A stretch of 25,290 nucleotides of DNA from assembly GCA_046598045.1 (NCBI GenBank), contig JBKJJJ010000070.1:1-25290 (forward strand). The letters run 5' to 3'. The translations under genes and the position numbers were made by a program. Below the pieces are notes generated by a model that ran no database searches, had not been told where the DNA came from, and saw only the letters and a program-made list of their open reading frames with translations. Positions 22,484 to 25,290 of this stretch are shown here, piece by piece. The stretch is from Candidatus Eiseniibacteriota bacterium (lineage in GTDB: Bacteria; Eisenbacteria; RBG-16-71-46; DASYSL01). The number at the start of each line of letters is the position of its first letter. Positions within the stretch are counted from its first letter, which is position 1.

Positions 22484-23496
22484 CCTCGGTGCGCGGGCGC
22501 GCGACCGTCCTCGGCGCCGGATCGTGGGGGACCACGCTCGCGGCCCACCTCGCGAATCTCGGCTGGAAAGCCCGGATCTGGGACGTGGACGCCGACAACC
22601 TGGGCCGGATCCGCGATGACCGCGAGAACCGGAAGTATTTGCCCGGCATTGCGCTCCCGAATTCCCTTGAGGTAATGTTCCACCTCGCCGCCGCGCTCGA
22701 GGGGGCCGACCTCGTGGTCTGGGCCGTGCCCTCGATCGCGTTGCGCAGCGTCGCCCGCGCCGCGCGTGCGGCTCTGCCCGACGGCGTGCTCGAAGCCTGC
22801 GCCACCAAGGGCCTCGAGCCCGCGGGCGCGGACGGCCTCGCGCATCGCATGAGCCAGGTGCTCGAGGACGAACTCGGCGAGCGGCCGCGCGCGGTACTGG
22901 TCGGGCCGAGCCATGCGGAGGAAGTGAGCCGCGGCATCCCGACGTCGATCGTGTCGGCGTCCCGCCGGCTCGAGTGGGCGGAGGCCGTGCAGGACGCGTT
23001 CTTCGCGCCGCGCCTGCGCGTCTACGCGCAGGACGACCTGGTCGGCGTCGAACTCGGAAGCGCGCTCAAGAACGTGATCGCGATCGCCGCCGGCATCGGC
23101 GACGGCCTCGGTTACGGCGACAACGCGAAGGGCGCGCTCCTGACGCGCGGACTCGCGGAGATGGCCCGCCTCGGGGTCGCGGCGGGTGGACGGCGCGAGA
23201 CGTTCTACGGGCTGTCGGGGATGGGCGACCTGATCACCACGGCGATCAGCCGCCACAGTCGCAACCGCCGCGTGGGCGAGGAACTCGCCCGGGGCCGGGA
23301 GCTGCCCGCGATCCTCTCAGGCCTCGGCCAGGTCGCCGAGGGGGTACACACCGCTCCCGCCGCCCGCACGCTCGCGGCCGAGCACGGGGTGGAAACGCCG
23401 ATCACGCGCGAGGTCTGCGCGCTGTTGTTCGAACACAAGTCGGCGCAGGACGCGCTGGCCGACCTGCTGAGCCGGGATCCCAAGCGAGAGTCGTAA
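22480..23496 (+). CDS. gpsA: NAD(P)H-dependent glycerol-3-phosphate dehydrogenase, 338 aa
   Basis: Motifs GAGSWGT, ENRKYLPG, TKGLE, GPSHAEEV, ALKNVIAIAAG, GMGDLITT, SRNR, AEG. Confidence 0.97.
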   Translation: MTSVRGRATVLGAGSWGTTLAAHLANLGWKARIWDVDADNLGRIRDDRENRKYLPGIALPNSLEVMFHLAAALEGADLVVWAVPSIALRSVARAARAALPDGVLEACATKGLEPAGADGLAHRMSQVLEDELGERPRAVLVGPSHAEEVSRGIPTSIVSASRRLEWAEAVQDAFFAPRLRVYAQDDLVGVELGSALKNVIAIAAGIGDGLGYGDNAKGALLTRGLAEMARLGVAAGGRRETFYGLSGMGDLITTAISRHSRNRRVGEELARGRELPAILSGLGQVAEGVHTAPAARTLAAEHGVETPITREVCALLFEHKSAQDALADLLSRDPKRES

Positions 23497-23527
23497 CCGC
23501 GGCCACGCGCCGCGCCGGGAGGGGAAC

Positions 23528-23929
23528 ATGCCGCGCAAGACGGCCGCCGAGCCGGGCCCCGAAAAGCTGTATCGCTCGATCAGCGAGGTCTCCGAGCTGC
23601 TCGACGTCAAGCCCCACGTGCTGCGCTACTGGGAGACCCAGTTCAGCACGCTCAAGCCACGCAAGAACCGGGCGGGCAACCGCATGTATCGTCCCGAGGA
23701 GATCAAGCTCCTCTATACGATCAAGGACCTGCTCTACGGGCGGCGCTACACCATCGCCGGCGCGAAGAAGAGCCTGAGCACCGAGAAGAAGGTGCCGGGC
23801 GGCCAGCTCGACATGGGCTTCAAGGACGCGACGCGCAAGGTCACGATCACCGAGATCAAGGACGAACTCACGAAGCTCGCGGCGCAACTGCGCGAGCCGC
23901 CCGTCCGGCGGCGGGTTCTCAAGACCTGA
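23528..23929 (+). CDS. MerR-family HTH transcriptional regulator, 133 aa
   Basis: GGAGGGG SD. KLYRSISEVSELLDVKPHVLRYWETQF...NRMY...LLYGRRYTIAGAK, the subfamily commonly found before tRNA-Pro(GGG). Confidence 0.93.
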   Translation: MPRKTAAEPGPEKLYRSISEVSELLDVKPHVLRYWETQFSTLKPRKNRAGNRMYRPEEIKLLYTIKDLLYGRRYTIAGAKKSLSTEKKVPGGQLDMGFKDATRKVTITEIKDELTKLAAQLREPPVRRRVLKT

Positions 23930-23937
23930 CTTCGCGC

Positions 23938-23966
23938 TTGTCACGAAGCCGCCTTGGGCTTAGGTT
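23938..23966 (+). promoter_or_regulatory. Putative promoter of tRNA-Pro
   Basis: TTGTCA-17 bp-TAGGTT. Confidence 0.7.
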
Positions 23967-24002
23967 TGGGCGGTGCTGCCGCTCCAAAGGGGCGGTCCTG
24001 GT

Positions 24003-24079
<77 letters not shown>

Positions 24080-24093
24080 CAATCACCCGACGT

Positions 24094-24129
24094 CGGGGGT
24101 CCGCGGTGACGCGACCTCCGTTTTCGTTT
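24094..24129 (+). terminator. Rho-independent terminator after tRNA-Pro
   Basis: CGGGGGT(C)CGCG-GTGA-CGCGACCTCCG stem with a GNRA loop, then TTTTCGTTT. Confidence 0.78.
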
Positions 24130-24188
24130 GGCGGCGTGCGCCTGCCGGCGCGCAAGCGCCCCCGGCCCACCCCGATCCCACTCCATCC

Positions 24189-25028
24189 ATGATCCGACTG
24201 TCCTACGCCGCCGCCGCCGCGCTCGCCCGCCTCCTGCCGCGGGGGGTCTCGTACGCGCTCGCCCGCGCCGCCGCCCACGCGTTCTGGTTGGCGAGCCCGG
24301 CCCGTCGGCGGGCCGTACGCGCGAACCTGCTGCAGGTCGCGCCCGAGTTGCAGCCCGGCGCGCGCGAGGCACTCGCCCGGCGCATGTTCGCCAACTTCGC
24401 CGAGTCCCTGGTCGACGCCTGGCGCGGGGCCGCGCCCGGGGGCGACGGCGCGGTCACGATCGAGGGCGTCGAGCGCCTCCACGAGGCGGTCGCTGCGGGG
24501 CAGGGCGTCCTCCTGTGGAGCGCCCACCTCGGTAACTGGGAGCTCGCGGCGGCGGCGCTCGCGCGCGGCGGCTTCGAAGTCTCGGCGCTGGCGCGCGCGC
24601 ATGCCAATCCGGGCGTCGAGCGCTTCTTCGACGCGCGCCGCCGCGCCGACGGCGTGCGCGTGGTCGCGCGCTGCCCGGGCGCACGCGAGGCCCGCCGCGT
24701 GCTGCGCGCGCGCGGCCTGCTCGCGCTGCTCGGCGATCGCTGCTTCGGTGGCGGTGGCCGCTCCGTTCCGTTCTTCGGACGCCCGGCGCGCCTGCCCGCG
24801 GCGCCGCTCGCGCTCGCGCGCCGCACCGGCGCCGCGCTCCTGCCCGGCTTCGTGGTGCGCACCGGCCCGGGCCGCTACTGCGTGCAATTCGAGGCGCCGA
24901 TCCCCGCGCGCGGCGAGGGTGCGCTGGCCCTGCTCGCGGCGACGCTCGAGCGTCGGGTGCGCGCGCACCCCGAGCAGTGGTTCGTGTTCGAACCCATGTG
25001 GGACGATGCAAGCGGGACCCGCGCGTGA
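24189..25028 (+). CDS. Lysophospholipid acyltransferase, LpxL/HtrB (lipid A lauroyltransferase)-like family, 279 aa
   Basis: RRAVRANL, GVLLWSAHLGNWE (Hx4E catalytic motif), ALLGDR, VPFFGRPA, HPEQWF. Confidence 0.9.
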   Translation: MIRLSYAAAAALARLLPRGVSYALARAAAHAFWLASPARRRAVRANLLQVAPELQPGAREALARRMFANFAESLVDAWRGAAPGGDGAVTIEGVERLHEAVAAGQGVLLWSAHLGNWELAAAALARGGFEVSALARAHANPGVERFFDARRRADGVRVVARCPGAREARRVLRARGLLALLGDRCFGGGGRSVPFFGRPARLPAAPLALARRTGAALLPGFVVRTGPGRYCVQFEAPIPARGEGALALLAATLERRVRAHPEQWFVFEPMWDDASGTRA

Positions 25029-25290
25029 CCCCGCGTCCGCCCGTCACCCACCCGATCGTGCTCGTGCCCGCGTACAACGCGGCGCGCGAACTGCCGGGCG
25101 TGCTCGCGCGGCTCGCGCGCCTCCACCCACCCGAGGCCACGTGGGTGGTCGACGACGGCTCGCTCGACGGCACCGGCGACGTCGCGCGCGCGCACGGCGT
25201 GCACGTCGCCGCGCACGAGAAGAATCGTGGCAAGGGGGCCGCGCTCCTCACCGGGTTCCACGCCGCATGCGCCGCCGGCGCCGACGCCGT
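25025..25290 (+). CDS. Glycosyltransferase family 2 (DPM1-like), 3'-truncated by the window edge; absent from the ORF track
   Basis: GTGA overlap with the upstream stop. Translates to IVLVPAYNAA...WVVDDGSLDGT...HEKNRGKGAAL. Confidence 0.93.
   Translation, partial: MTPRPPVTHPIVLVPAYNAARELPGVLARLARLHPPEATWVVDDGSLDGTGDVARAHGVHVAAHEKNRGKGAALLTGFHAACAAGADA

Overview
High-GC (roughly 70% by eye) bacterial chromosomal window, mostly housekeeping, probably from a diderm because of the full-length RpsA and the periplasmic chaperones. An FCB-associated lineage such as Ca. Eisenbacteria or Gemmatimonadota is a guess only. Gene order: rpsA (3' part), miaB, secreted TPR protein, mutS; convergent YitJ-like homocysteine methyltransferase/MTHFR fusion; a three-gene operon (secreted SpoIVB/S55-like protease, secreted beta-propeller/Fn3-Ig protein, DUF296 protein) with its own promoter and terminator; secreted cyclophilin and pgeF on the minus strand; giant PpiD/SurA-like parvulin, small ORF, mutL, miaA; tRNA-Gly(CCC), der, plsY, gpsA, MerR-like regulator, tRNA-Pro(GGG), lipid acyltransferase, GT2 (5' part). 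No mobile element or CRISPR array is visible. The best candidate for an uncharacterised system is the apparently leaderless operon encoding a circularly permuted, PDZ-less SpoIVB-like protease coupled to a large secreted beta-propeller. Also notable are two 78-bp back-to-back promoter cassettes of identical geometry, one implying an excludon-like antisense transcript across pgeF; a probable CTG start for mutS; and a Cys-to-Asp variant of the MutL endonuclease motif. All calls come from reading motifs by eye; no searches were run.
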